From Macrostomum hystrix (Eukaryota > Animalia > Platyhelminthes): DNA of 64,000 nucleotides. This document shows positions 25,806 to 37,094 of this stretch, piece by piece (the first letter of the stretch is position 1; each line of letters starts with the position of its first letter). The position numbers were made by a program, and so were the translations under genes. The notes below the pieces were generated by a model that worked only from the letters and a program-made list of their open reading frames with translations, searched no databases and was not told where the DNA came from. The stretch is from contig CATNEN010000039.1 of the NCBI GenBank assembly GCA_950097015.1, forward strand, positions 17,112,001 through 17,176,000, given 5' to 3'.

Positions 25806-26170
25806 GGGGGTCGGTGGCAGAGCGGTTAACGCGTTTGCCTCTCGCACCACTTTCCTAAGTTCGATTCCACGGCGAAGCCACATTCGTCTGGGGCGCAGCC
25901 GTGGAGAGAAGGCTTGGGGGCTTGCCGTGCAATTTACGCCCTTGAGGGCCAACCTCCAAGGCACTGTGACAGTGTACACTGCCTGACGATGAGAAAGTCA
26001 GGGTAGATGTACACACACGTGTGAGCGTGTGCCTGCGTACGGTATTTGTGTGCGTGTGTGCTCAGGAGTCAACGAATGGGCAGAATTGCATGCCTCCTCG
26101 CTGGCTGCGGGTCCAGTGTCACTAGATTATGTGCCATTGCCCGCAGCTCTCCTGCAATAATAATTATTAT
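25806..26170 (+). mobile_element. tRNA-derived SINE family A, full length
   Basis: A-box TGGCAGAGCGG and B-box GTTCGATTCC at tRNA-like spacing; internal hairpin GTGTACA..CCTGAC/GTCAGG..TGTACAC; 3' stem-loop and AAT/TAT tail. Six related segments occur in the window. Confidence 0.88.
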
Positions 26171-26574
26171 TAAGACAACAAGGCACGGATCAGAGTGACC
26201 CACGACAGTGCACAAGAAGTGACAACCCAGGCGAGAACAAGGATTCGAAGCTATGAAGAAGACTTTGAAGTGAAGGACATCGCGAACTACAGGCGGCCGC
26301 GGAAGGACGAGTTTTTACAGAAGGTAGACCTGTCGGACTCCAATCTGCCGAAGAACAGAAGGAGCAGATCAAGGGGCTACTCTGGAAACATGGGAATGCA
26401 CAGATAGCATGTGATTCACGGACGTCCTGAAGCATCTTCTTCACATCCAGCCTAACGCACAGTTGAACCTAACAAAGAGCTAGGTATCCGATACCACATC
26501 ATCTCCAACATATCCCCCATTATTCTCTTCAAAAAGAAACCATCACCAGGACAGACGAAACCAGTCTATATGAT

Positions 26575-27186
26575 GTGCGCAGAGCCTGGGCGCGAGCAAA
26601 GGCCGCACCGCCGGCAGTGTCCGGGGCGCCAGCATCGGCCAGCAGGTAGTCGACGAAACGCCGAGTTCGGCCCTGGCCGCGCCGTTAGGTTGCCTGCAGC
26701 GTAAGCAGCAGCACCTCCTGCACCGGCTGCTGGCAGTAGGACTCGGCGCGGATGATGTGGCCGGCCAGCTGGAGTCGCCGAAGTCGCAGCAGTTCACTTG
26801 GACGGGCCAGACCGGCGCGGCGATAGAGTTCCGCGTTAGTGATCCGCTCGTCGCTGATCTTAAAGGCAGTGCACAGCAGGCCAGCGTGCGCCGCGTTGAC
26901 GAACTACTGACAGCGCGGAAGCTCCGTTACCTGCCCGTCAGCGCCTCGGCAGAAAATTGCGGCCTCAATGTTGCCCGGCACGCAGAGCACAACGGTCTTC
27001 TTCGTGTTGACCAGCAGGCCGACACTCGCTGCAGTGCTAACCAGCTTGTCCATCTGGCGCTGGGCGCCCTCTACGGTCGAGGACAGCAGGGCGAGGTCAT
27101 CGGCGTAGCCAAGCACGCTGAGCCATTTCTCCGGTTGACGTCGACCTACGCGTCGCCGCAGTAGGAAGCCGTCTTCGTCGGACTTC
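26575..27186 (-). mobile_element. non-LTR retrotransposon (RTE-like LINE) ORF2 3' fragment, decayed
   Basis: LGYADDLALLS..GLLVNTKKT (RT motifs). After an internal deletion: RITNAELYRR..RRLQLAGHIIR..*RRGQGR, with an in-frame stop. Confidence 0.85.
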
Positions 27187-27974
27187 AGAGGTCTGAATGA
27201 ACAACTTGTCCCAGAGAGACAGACGATTCCCAGAATAGCAAATCTACTCGCACAGCTAAAAGAAAAAATGTTTAGAGCTCTAGATGTAGCACAAGCATTT
27301 TGGCAAATTGCTGCTGCTGCCCCCTGCTGCTAAGGTAAGTAAGTCCAAATTAGTCAAGTACTTTTGAACGCATGTGTACCGGGCACTCTGAACTTACTGT
27401 CTACCAGCAAGAACTGCATGGACTATGAAAAAACGTTGTTCCAAGGATAATTTAGCATTCACAGGATTTGTTTGAGCAGCTCCATATTCAAGGGAGGATT
27501 AGAGTGCCATTGTAGACAGAATAAGTTCTTTTTGTGCTCAACTATATGCTCATGAGTCTATTGTTGACTTAATTGTCAGTTTTATTCGTCCTTTGGCTAA
27601 GGACAGCCTACAACCACTACGAACGTGCTTGAATAGTCAGATCTGAGGACAAAACGCTATTACTCATGCTATTGTCTGAAGAGACGATAGCTAGTTAAAT
27701 GTAATTGCTAGTCAATCAACGAGACTCCTAGACAACACCAAGAGGCCTTTAAGGGGCCTTTTACAGAAATCGAATTCACAGAGACTAGCAAGTTCGCTGT
27801 GTGGAAATGGTTTACCTACGACTAAAAAACAAATGACAGGTTTCTAGGGGCCCGATGGATGTTGCTCTTATCGACCTACGTCGTGAGGACGCATGCTACG
27901 AGCACAAAAAACTTTTTGCGCACTTTTATTTTTTCCAAACTGGCATGCATTACAAAAAAGAAATACGAAACAAT

Positions 27975-28563
27975 TGCAGGAGGGCTGCAGGCAATTCTGC
28001 CCATTTCACTGACTCCTGAGCACACACGCACACAGATACTATGATTGTCAGGCTTGAATGTCGCGGGTTCGATTCCGGAATTCACATGAGTAATTTGTTT
28101 TCTTTAGCAAACTCTGCATTACTACAGTTCACTGTTAAATGGGTTACCAGTATTAGCTGGTGTTAATTGAAGGATGGATGAAGCGTCTCCACTTGTCCAT
28201 GGACTGAACAGCCGTTCGGAGCCTTGATATGGATTTAATGCATGCTTTTATAATTTCGGCCCTTCAAGTAATCAATTATCTAAGAATAATGATGCCAGGC
28301 CTATTAAGCAAACCCGGATCGATTCTCAAACCGACCCAGCGCAACCTGTCAGACGCAGGTTGCACGCATGAGTACCTACGGCCTCCGTATCCATCCTCGC
28401 AGGCCCGTCCATCTGAGGCTTGGTCTTCTTTTCTATCTGAATTCGCATAGCTAACAGCCAAACGCGTATCTGATCGATCAATCAAACAGTTTTTTGTCGA
28501 ATCTCATAATGGGAGCAGATGCTCTTCACGCGTGAAAAATTGGGAGTTCTCAAAGGTGACGCA
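27975..28563. mobile_element. composite of a SINE A 3' fragment (minus, ~27975-28040) and SINE B (plus, 28046-28563)
   Basis: B-box GGTTCGATTCC at ~28066. Inverted, near-identical counterpart of 5336-5885, including the junction. Confidence 0.75.
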
Positions 28564-29018
28564 TAAGTATTAAAAATACAACTAAATACTATGTAAATAA
28601 ATAAATAGACAAAAACAAGTTATTTAAACCGATATTACGATCGTTATTATAAAAAGTATCATATAACTTTGGAACAGTACTCGTATTAATTCCAAAATGA
28701 CACATTTTGATTATTCCGCCAACTACAAGAGCCACCGGCACACATAAAGGCAGAAAAGCAAGGTATAGACTAACACTACCACTGGGGTATTTCAAATGTC
28801 CACATCCTTTCTGCATCACCCAAAATTATTCAACCAATCGGCATGAATATTCAGAAACACGGACAAAAATTTTCCGCTTAATCTGTTGAAACTAACTTCC
28901 AGAATCACAAAGCATCGGCATCAGCGAGATATTCAACGATTCTCGTCGGGATGAGATATATAAGATATATATATAATAGGGTAAATAAATGAAGAGTTTT
29001 TCAAATCACTCAACAGTC

Positions 29019-30605
29019 TTAGTCGAGGTTCAGCACCAACAATCGCTTGTTGTTGCGATCAGCCACCAGAAGACGTTCGCCATAGTCTGCGTCTGTCAGC
29101 ACAGCCAGGCCGCACGGACAGCACAGCTTCTTCTTGTCGGTGTCGATGTCGCCAGACGAGTCAAGCGACCACAGCGGCGAACCGCTATCGACAGTCACGG
29201 CGCGCACGGTGTGACGACGGAACTCCGTCACGAACAGGCGGCCTCTGCTGTCGACAGCCACATCGTACGGATAGGCAAAGAGATCTGGACACGAACGCTT
29301 AAACGGATAGGAGGACAAGAGCATTTGTGTCTCGACACACACTTTGTGCACCTTGTTGTGATATTTATCTGCAACCAGAATGCAGTCATCGTAGCAGGCG
29401 ATGTTGTATAGGTCAGCGTCGGGTAGCTCGGCGATGGTAATGATCGTCTGCAGTTCGAAATTCGACAAGTTAAACGCAGCGATTTTGTTACCACTGCTGA
29501 CGAAGATGTACTCAGCGCTACTGCCGATTCCCCAGATATCTCCGAAGTTGATGATGTCTGGCTGGATGCGAGCCTTGATGCGACCGCTCAGGTCGGTGAC
29601 AGTCACAGCCTCGGGTTGAGCGATAAACAGCAGCTGACGTTCGCAACGGAGACCCCAAACTAAATTCTTCCACGTTATGAAGCACTTGCACTTGAACTTC
29701 TCGCTTCCATCCACAGACATTGCCGTCAAGTAGTCCTTGTCAGAAAAGATGGCAAAGACGCAGGGCTGAGGAAGAGCTACAGAGCCTTCGTCGCCTGATT
29801 CGGCGGTCGTCACAAAGCCTGAACTGTTGCCAACGAAGCCACTGGTGTCGCTGCACACAGTCAGCCAATGAACCCAGCCCTCCAGCTTCACCTCGTGAGA
29901 TACGGAAAAGCTACTCAGTGTAGAAGCGTCACTTGGCCTGTTCCTTACAGTGACGGGCTCGTAACCAGTGCGACATCTCTTCTGCCTAATCAGCACCTCA
30001 GTTTCAGAACTGCTAGTCTCAGTAGCAGCATCGACCATGTCCACACCAGCAGCTGCACAGCCAGCCAATCGTTCGAGCCTCTCCAGCCGCTGAACCTGCG
30101 CCTTCCAGCCGTCGCTTGCTGTGCACAATTCTCGCGCATTATTTAAGTCTGCCTGCAGCTCCGGAATCGACACCTGCATGGACTCAGCCAAGTTAACAAC
30201 CTCTGTCATGTCTTCGGCGGCTGCAGCAGTGGCCACCTCGCGCTTGTAGCTGGCGATATCTTCGACGTCCCGCTGCCAAATGCGCGCTGCCTCCAGTCGA
30301 CCTGTCATGTTGCCAATCAGCCGACCTCGAAACTCGTCCACGTTCCGCTGAACTGCGTCGAATCTCTGCTGAATCTCTTCGAGCTGTTTTTCCAAAGAGG
30401 ACACGGACTCGAATCCAACAATCTCTTGAGTGTAGGCAGCCAGCTCTCCATCGACGACTTGTTTTAAGTTTTGAGCATCGGCCACGTCAACATTGAGGTG
30501 CTGTCTGCACAGGTGCATGCGGGAGAACGGTCCCGTGCCCGCAGCTGGCAGGTTGCACATGATGCAATTATTGCAATCAACATTTATCAAGGTGTCCGAC
30601 TCCAT
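29019..30605 (-). CDS. intronless TRIM-NHL-like protein, copy B (inverted paralog of 13931-15535)
   Basis: 528-aa ORF, nearly identical to copy A over most of its length. Confidence 0.78.
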   Translation of the reverse strand: MESDTLINVDCNNCIMCNLPAAGTGPFSRMHLCRQHLNVDVADAQNLKQVVDGELAAYTQEIVGFESVSSLEKQLEEIQQRFDAVQRNVDEFRGRLIGNMTGRLEAARIWQRDVEDIASYKREVATAAAAEDMTEVVNLAESMQVSIPELQADLNNARELCTASDGWKAQVQRLERLERLAGCAAAGVDMVDAATETSSSETEVLIRQKRCRTGYEPVTVRNRPSDASTLSSFSVSHEVKLEGWVHWLTVCSDTSGFVGNSSGFVTTAESGDEGSVALPQPCVFAIFSDKDYLTAMSVDGSEKFKCKCFITWKNLVWGLRCERQLLFIAQPEAVTVTDLSGRIKARIQPDIINFGDIWGIGSSAEYIFVSSGNKIAAFNLSNFELQTIITIAELPDADLYNIACYDDCILVADKYHNKVHKVCVETQMLLSSYPFKRSCPDLFAYPYDVAVDSRGRLFVTEFRRHTVRAVTVDSGSPLWSLDSSGDIDTDKKKLCCPCGLAVLTDADYGERLLVADRNNKRLLVLNLD

Positions 30606-31297
30606 GCTTGTGATCCTGGTTGGTAAATGATGGGTCGAATTGCATTTAAAGTTCCAAATTTTAAGCCTGTTTTATATACCTACACGATGCAGGTACATAC
30701 ATTATGTAGCCAAATGTATTGACGTGCATAATTACCCGAGGCGGGGTAAAATGTTTATAGAAAGTGTGACTTGGGGCCGTGTAGACGCAGCGCATTCTAT
30801 CAGATAAACAATTGTCTGCGAATGTTTACATCATTTTATAATAATTTTTGTCAGACTCATAAGGCGTTTAAAAAATCTAGAATTCAGTGTACATTCGTGT
30901 TAAGCGCCTGAAATACCTCGTAAAAATCGAAATTCGCTGAAGTTGCCGAGAAAAATCACCTGCTAAGATATTGTCAGGTGAATTGAAAATCTATTGTGAA
31001 GCCAAACGAAAGAAAACAACATAAACACAACTTTAGATTCAGCGCTTTTTAGAACGACGAGATCGTATTTTTAAACAATATGATATTTAGTATGTTTATG
31101 TCATTACCAAAAACTGAAACAGCACTAAGACTTTTTGTCACACTTGGAGATGTTCCACCTGTACGACTAGAAAAAACTAAATAAGAAACAATTTTGGGAC
31201 TGATAAACATTAATAATCTACAAAATCGAATCTGAATAACAGTAAATGATTATCATAAGAATTAATAGTAAACCACACAGCGTCACACACGGACAAG

Positions 31298-31383
31298 CCG
31301 GAGAAATTAGGTCGGCCAGACCGAATCGAACCAGTTTTCAAACAGGATCGTTTTCTTCGGTTAGCGTCATACGGAATCTCCGG
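31298..31383 (-). promoter_or_regulatory. SECIS element (type II) in the selenoprotein K 3' UTR
   Basis: Minus strand: helix I CCGGAGA/TCTCCGG; core A-TGAC ... CGAC (tandem G.A pairs); helix II GCTA-ACCGAA/TTCGGT-C-TGGC; unpaired AAAA 12 nt after ATGA; apical mini-stem CGATCC/GGTTCG. Confidence 0.85.
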
Positions 31384-32376
31384 AATTAGTCAGTGTGGCA
31401 AACAAAAAGTTTCACGATGAATATTGACGATTAGTTAGTTAGCACACATGAGAAACTAGTAAAATAGCTTGCTTTTTCATCGACACTGCGTAACTGAAAT
31501 TGAATCAGTAGTATAAGTTGCACATTATGTATCTTTTTGGTACATATTTTGTTTTGTTAATAGATTGGCACTCTTGATCGTATGATAACTGATTAATTCC
31601 ACTGACAAGAGAAAGGTAGAAAGGTAATAAAAGCAAATAAATAGACTAAGCGAGACAATCGACGAAAAATGTTTTTAGGATCCGACAGAAGCTATTGAGC
31701 AGCTACTTTTTCTTAGGCAATTTTTGAAGTTATAGATAAAAAATCGGTTGATTATGATAAACTAACTGCTCTAAATTGGCTTTCTAATCGAACAGTCTCG
31801 CTTTAATGTGAGATTCGCTGGACTAGATAGCAGAAAACCCCCGGACAATGTACATGCTGTGACTCGGTGTAAAAAAACTATTTTAACAATAAAAAATATA
31901 GCTAGTCATGGGCTTTGAACAGAACAACTGAGCATATCGTAACGAGAAAAAAACATAAATAATAATTACTCTGTGTGCACTCAAGGCAATAAGAGTGTCG
32001 GTCAACTGTGTACAGCCAGGCAGTGGAATGGTGCGACTGAGTCTATTTTTTTAGCTTTTCAGCCTCTCTCCTTCATCATCATCAGTGGAAATGAACCTTT
32101 GTCAGAAAATTACAGTTTTTTATTAATAGCAGTTACTATTTATACTACTGAAGACTAATCAGCAGAAGTAGGATGCCCGAAAATTGCTAACTAATTTCAA
32201 ATTTTAACAATAAACTTAAGCTGTAGATTAAAAGTAATGAATGTTGAAACAGGAAGATAATTGATAACGCGCAGCTCTCAACCTGAGCACTAGTTAGAGA
32301 CCGGTAGCCAAGGTCGACCGGTGGAAGCACCTACAGCTCGTCCGGCCTCTAATTAAGTGCCTGGGAGAGCCGCAAA

Positions 32377-35300
32377 TTAACCTCATCCGCCGCCAACGCA
32401 CGGCGGAGCACTTGGCGCATCGTCTGAAAAGTAGAGGAAAGATTGGAGTGGTCAGATTAGTAAAAATGTCGATTGACGAACAGGGAGTGAGAGAAGAAAA
32501 AGGTAGTAGAGAAAGAGATGGAAGGTTAGAGAGGTAAACCGTGTGAGAGAGAATGGGAGAGAGGGAGAGGGGGAGAATGGGAGAAAGGGAGAATGGCAGA
32601 TAGGGAATATGTGAGAGAGGGAGAATGGGAGAGAAGGAGAATGGGAGAGAGGGAGAATGGGAGAGGGGGAGAATGGGAGAGAGGGAGAATGGCAGATAGG
32701 AAATATGTGAGAGAGGGAGAATGGGAGAGAGGGAATAAGGGAGAGAGGGAGAGGGGGAGAATGGGAGAATGGGAGAGAGGGAGAATGGGAGAGAGGGAGA
32801 ATGGGAGAGAGGGAGAATGGGAGAGGGGGAGAATGGGAGAGAGGGAGAATGGCAGATAGGGAATATGTGAGAGAGGGAGCATGGGAGAGAAGGAGAATGG
32901 GAGAGGGGGAGAATGGGAGAAAGGGAGAATGGCAGATAGGGAATATGTGAGAGAGGGAGAATGGGAGAGAAGGAGAATGGGAGAGAGGGAGAATGGGAGA
33001 GGGGGAGAATGGGAGAGAGGGAGAATGGCAGATAGGAAATATGTGAGAGAGGGAGAATGGGAGAGAGGGAATATGGGAGAGAGGGAGAGGGGGAGAATGG
33101 GAGAATGGGAGAGAGGGAGAATGGGAGAGAGGGAGAATGGGAGAGAGGGAGAATGGGAGAGGGGGAGAATGGGAGAGAGGGAGAATGGCAGATAGGGAAT
33201 ATGTGAGAGAGGGAGCATGGGAGAGAAGGAGAATGGGAGAGGGGGAGAATGGGAGAGAGGGAGAATGGCAGATAGGGAATATGTGAGAGAGGGAGAATGG
33301 GAGAGAAGGAGAATGGGAGAGAGGGAGAATGGGAGAGAGGGAGAATGGGAGAGGGGGAGAATGGGAGAGAGGGAGAATGGCAGATAGGGAATATGTGAGA
33401 GAGGGAGAATGGGAGAGGAGAATGGGAGAGGGGGAGAATGGGAGAATGGCAGATAGGGAAAGTGTGAGAGAGGGAGAATGGGAGAGGAGAATGGGAGAGG
33501 GGGAGAATGGGAGAATGGCAGATAGGGAATATGTGAGAGAGGGAGAATGGGAGAGAGGGAGAATGGGAGAGGGAGAATGGGAGAGAGGGAGAATGGGAGA
33601 GAGGGAGAATGGGAGAGAGGGAGAATGGGAGAGGGGGAGAATGGGAGAGAGGGAGAATGGCAGATAGGGAATATGTGAGAGAGGGAGAATGGGAGAGAAG
33701 GAGAATGGGAGATTGGCAGAGAAGGGAAGGGAGAGGGAGGCGAGAGAGAGTGATGGAAGTGTAGAGGATTTTGTACAAATAAGAAACTATACGAGCCAAA
33801 AAGCAATTAAACAATAATCACAACCCACTACTGCCAGCGGTACTTACTGCCTCTGAAGCCGCCGAATCTGCGGCGCGCATCTGCAGCGCCGGGCGTGGCG
33901 GAACGCGGCGACGGCGCCCGGTAGTCTGAGCCGTAGCGATTGGCACGCGAGCCACTGCCAGTCAGCTGGGGGGAGATTATTAACGCCAATGCTTTATTAA
34001 CAGTAGAACTAGCAAGCCATTTTGCCGCCCTATTTATACTAAGGGATTCCCCCCATTCAATTTTATGGCAGCGTCCGAATGCTAACAGTGCTGAGCGGTG
34101 ACTGATTGGTTGGCAGACTAGGCGAGGGTTTCCTGTGGTTGAGCTGCGCCTAATATTTTGGCTTCATCTGTGGAATTGGAGAAATTCGCGTCATGGTGTC
34201 TATTTTGCCTATTTCCACCTGTTGTAGCCCTTGAAGGTCCAGCAGTCCGTCTAGGACCTAGGTGGATGAACACCGAAGACGGAGATGATGCAGGCACATT
34301 CGGGTGACTTGCTGATAAATTTTCAAGGCCTGGCAAGGCCACACTGAAGCGCAGTGCAAATTCGTGTATATGAAAAGTATGAAATACACTGCCGCTTATG
34401 GGAAGAATCTGACATTCAGCCAAAACTATTGAATATCTTGATGGTGTGAAGAGCTGGCGACCTGATTCTTGTTTTAGAAGATGCGCAACAAAAAGTTGCC
34501 CGTGTTCATTGAGTTTTGTGTGCTTGCATTTCTCCATTTTGGTGCAGCACAAAAACTTGTCAGGGGGATTCCCCTTCGGTAGTTCTCTATTGTTGTCTCT
34601 ATAATCCCCAGAATACATGCTATAATCAGACTAAAATCCTCACTAAAGTTCTGTTCTTTTTCATGTAAAATAATAAAACTGCAAACAATACAACAAGATT
34701 AAGAAACACTTACATCAAAAGGAATGAGTGTTTGGAAGCTGCAATTTAGTGTTTGATTATGGGGTTATTAGGTTAAGAAATTAAGTTTAACAAAAACAAT
34801 ATAAAGAAGCTATTCTTGGATACTTACAACATAGCAATGCCCTGTACTAAGCTGCTAACCCACTTCAAAATGTTTGGCATTTGCCAGGGTCGCTGCTCAG
34901 TGATCTGGCCTGAAATTTTTTTTGTAAAATTAGCTTTGATTTGTATGCCTAAATAAATATACAATTATAAAAGTCTAAAACTTAAGCAAAAAAGCAAATT
35001 ATTTTTTTCACTCAAAGATTAACTTAAGTCCTATAAATTAATTATAGTATTTCATAATGGGTGAACAACCTACTGTCTTGTTAAAAAATGATATATAAAA
35101 TAGTACAAGTTGGCTCAAACTTAAGCAAGTTGGCTAATCATTTATAATGGTATTTAGGCCAGAGTGATTTTACCCAAGTCCTAACTTGATGAACAATATT
35201 TTATTTTATTTTAAAAATTTTTTAAAAAACTAAAGTATAAGCTTCATTGGAAGAATCAGATTGTTGCTGTCATTTATTTGTCATTGTCAATGTCAGTGAG

Positions 35301-35951
35301 ATTGATTCTTATTGTTAGCACTAAAAAGCTCTTAGACTGAGGCCTACCATATAAAAAATAGAGTCTTCTATTGCTTGCCATGACTTTATTGAAATTAAAT
35401 CCAAAAAAATTCACCACACACATAATTTAGCCCTTAATTCCTTTGATCTCACTCATTGTTATAGGCCTATTCCTACATATAGCCATGATATACGGCCATA
35501 GGGTAGGCTTGCCCACAAAAGCCTTTAACTTACTAAGACTTAGGTCGTTATTATAATAAATAGGATTAACCTAAAATAACCTTCATTATGGACACAAAAA
35601 TTAGCTTAAAAACTGGAAATATTTTATAGGATTAAATTTCAAGAGGTCCAGAGTAATTTTCTTTTTGTCAGACTAGCAAAATATGAAAATATACTAAGGC
35701 CTAGCTGAATTTAGGATTAGGTGTTTTAAGTGTTAAGGATATATAAAAAAAGAGATATAAAGAGCATATAGTTAAATAGATAATGCAAATCATTTTAACA
35801 CCATCCTTTTAGGCCCCTAATCGCAGTTCTCAAATAGTATTTGTAGAAAGCTAAAATGCCAAACATAGTCATAGACTCATAGATAGATATATACTTTATT
35901 GGGTAAATATCTAGTTTCAAAAAACTTACCTGATCGAGAAACGTACACCAT
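32377..35951 (-). CDS. SELENOK: selenoprotein K, 97 aa with Sec at TGA 32383-32385; exons 35930-35951, 34828-34909, 34714-34738, 33848-33965, 32377-32423
   Basis: Spliced translation: MVYVSRSGQITEQRPWQMPNILKWVSSLVQGIAMFFQTLIPFDLTGSGSRANRYGSDYRAPSPRSATPGAADARRRFGGFRGNDAPSAPPCVGGGUG*. It matches the SelK pattern MVY..GQ..PW..FF.TL..PP..GGUG. All four introns are GTAAGT..CAG with consistent phases, and a SECIS lies downstream. Confidence 0.92.
32545..33735. repeat. polypurine degenerate minisatellite (GGGAGAATGGGAGAGA) in SelK intron 4
   Basis: Direct periodicity with higher-order repeats. Confidence 0.95.
33998..34595. mobile_element. MITE family copy 2 (SelK intron 3)
   Basis: Begins TAACAGTAGAACTA; homologous to 10398-10968. 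Confidence 0.8.
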
Positions 35952-37094
35952 CTTGAATTATTCGTCAAGCTGAATTTTACTGCCCATAAAGGACAGAGAG
36001 GTACTTATACGTTATTCTTATCAAATGATAGGATATTTCAGTTGAAATTGGGAAGTGTTCTAGTTGACCTGTAACGATAAAGTTTGGGTTAACAAATTGT
36101 TTCCTGTAAAAATAGTTTTGAAACGTTTCTGACTAGTGAGCATGATTCGACAACTTTGAACACAAATTGCAAATGAAAATCACAGAAATGGACACTTATA
36201 GTTCAGTCTAATTTTTTCTATGAAATGTTCTTCAAGCACCGAAACTAAAAACCAGTACAAAATTTGTTTGTTTTCTTGTATCTATAAACTTTTTCGTTTG
36301 CCGTAGTTTTGTTCTACAACAAATTTCTCGTTTTATAAAACGAGGCAAGAATCAGAGTTTAAAGTACAGTGCAATGATTTAGTAGTTTTATGCTAAAACA
36401 ATAGCTATTAAACGATTCTCTGCATCTGTTCTATGTGTCTATATTACTTCTGTCATGATTTTAGTTTATTAGATATGCTTTATAAGTCTAAATAAGTTTG
36501 CCTTTGAAAACTAAACAATTTCCTAGCACTTGGGTAATAATTCGAACAATACATTTTGCGGGCGATGCAGAACGAAAAAAAGAAACTGGTGGTTTCCTTC
36601 GGTCCCTTCAGTCCCTTTTGTTTCCCTATGTGGCCTATTTGAATATGAAAAATGGAATCATAAAGTACTTTTTTCCATTTTAAACATCGGTTTACATTGA
36701 GTATTAAATCTAGCAATACAAAAGAAGAAAGTGCATTTTTTAGTTTTAAGTCCTTTTAAGAAAACCGTTTTATTGGGACTTTTCTAGGCAGAAAACGGTT
36801 TTATATATAGCAAGTTCGTGGTTTGTAGTAGGCATGAATGTTTTCAGCTAATAATCATAATAATCATAATCAGGGTAATAATCATTTAACTTTCTATATA
36901 ATTTATATGGTTATTGCAAAATTAATGGTCAACATTATTAATTAATTTTTGCAATTTAGAAATAAATTTCTGCACTTTTTAAATGAAGATATTTTTAAAG
37001 AAATGAACTGAAATGCAGAAGAAAGTTAATAGAGAAAACTTATTAAAATATATGATATAGATATCATGACCGTGATTACAGCAGATTCAATCAA

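Noticed and set aside
25806-25875. tRNA gene
   Set aside because: A and B boxes are present, but the cloverleaf stems do not pair and the sequence continues into a multicopy SINE body.
25983-25996. CTGACGA-TGA-GAAA in SINE A as a hammerhead core
   Set aside because: There is no stem II and no stem III/UH site. The motif sits within a simple CCTGAC/GTCAGG hairpin.
32040-32085. Alternative SECIS closer to the SelK stop (minus ATGAAGG..AAAA)
   Set aside because: No convincing helix II or properly placed 3' GA. The 31298-31383 hairpin meets all criteria.
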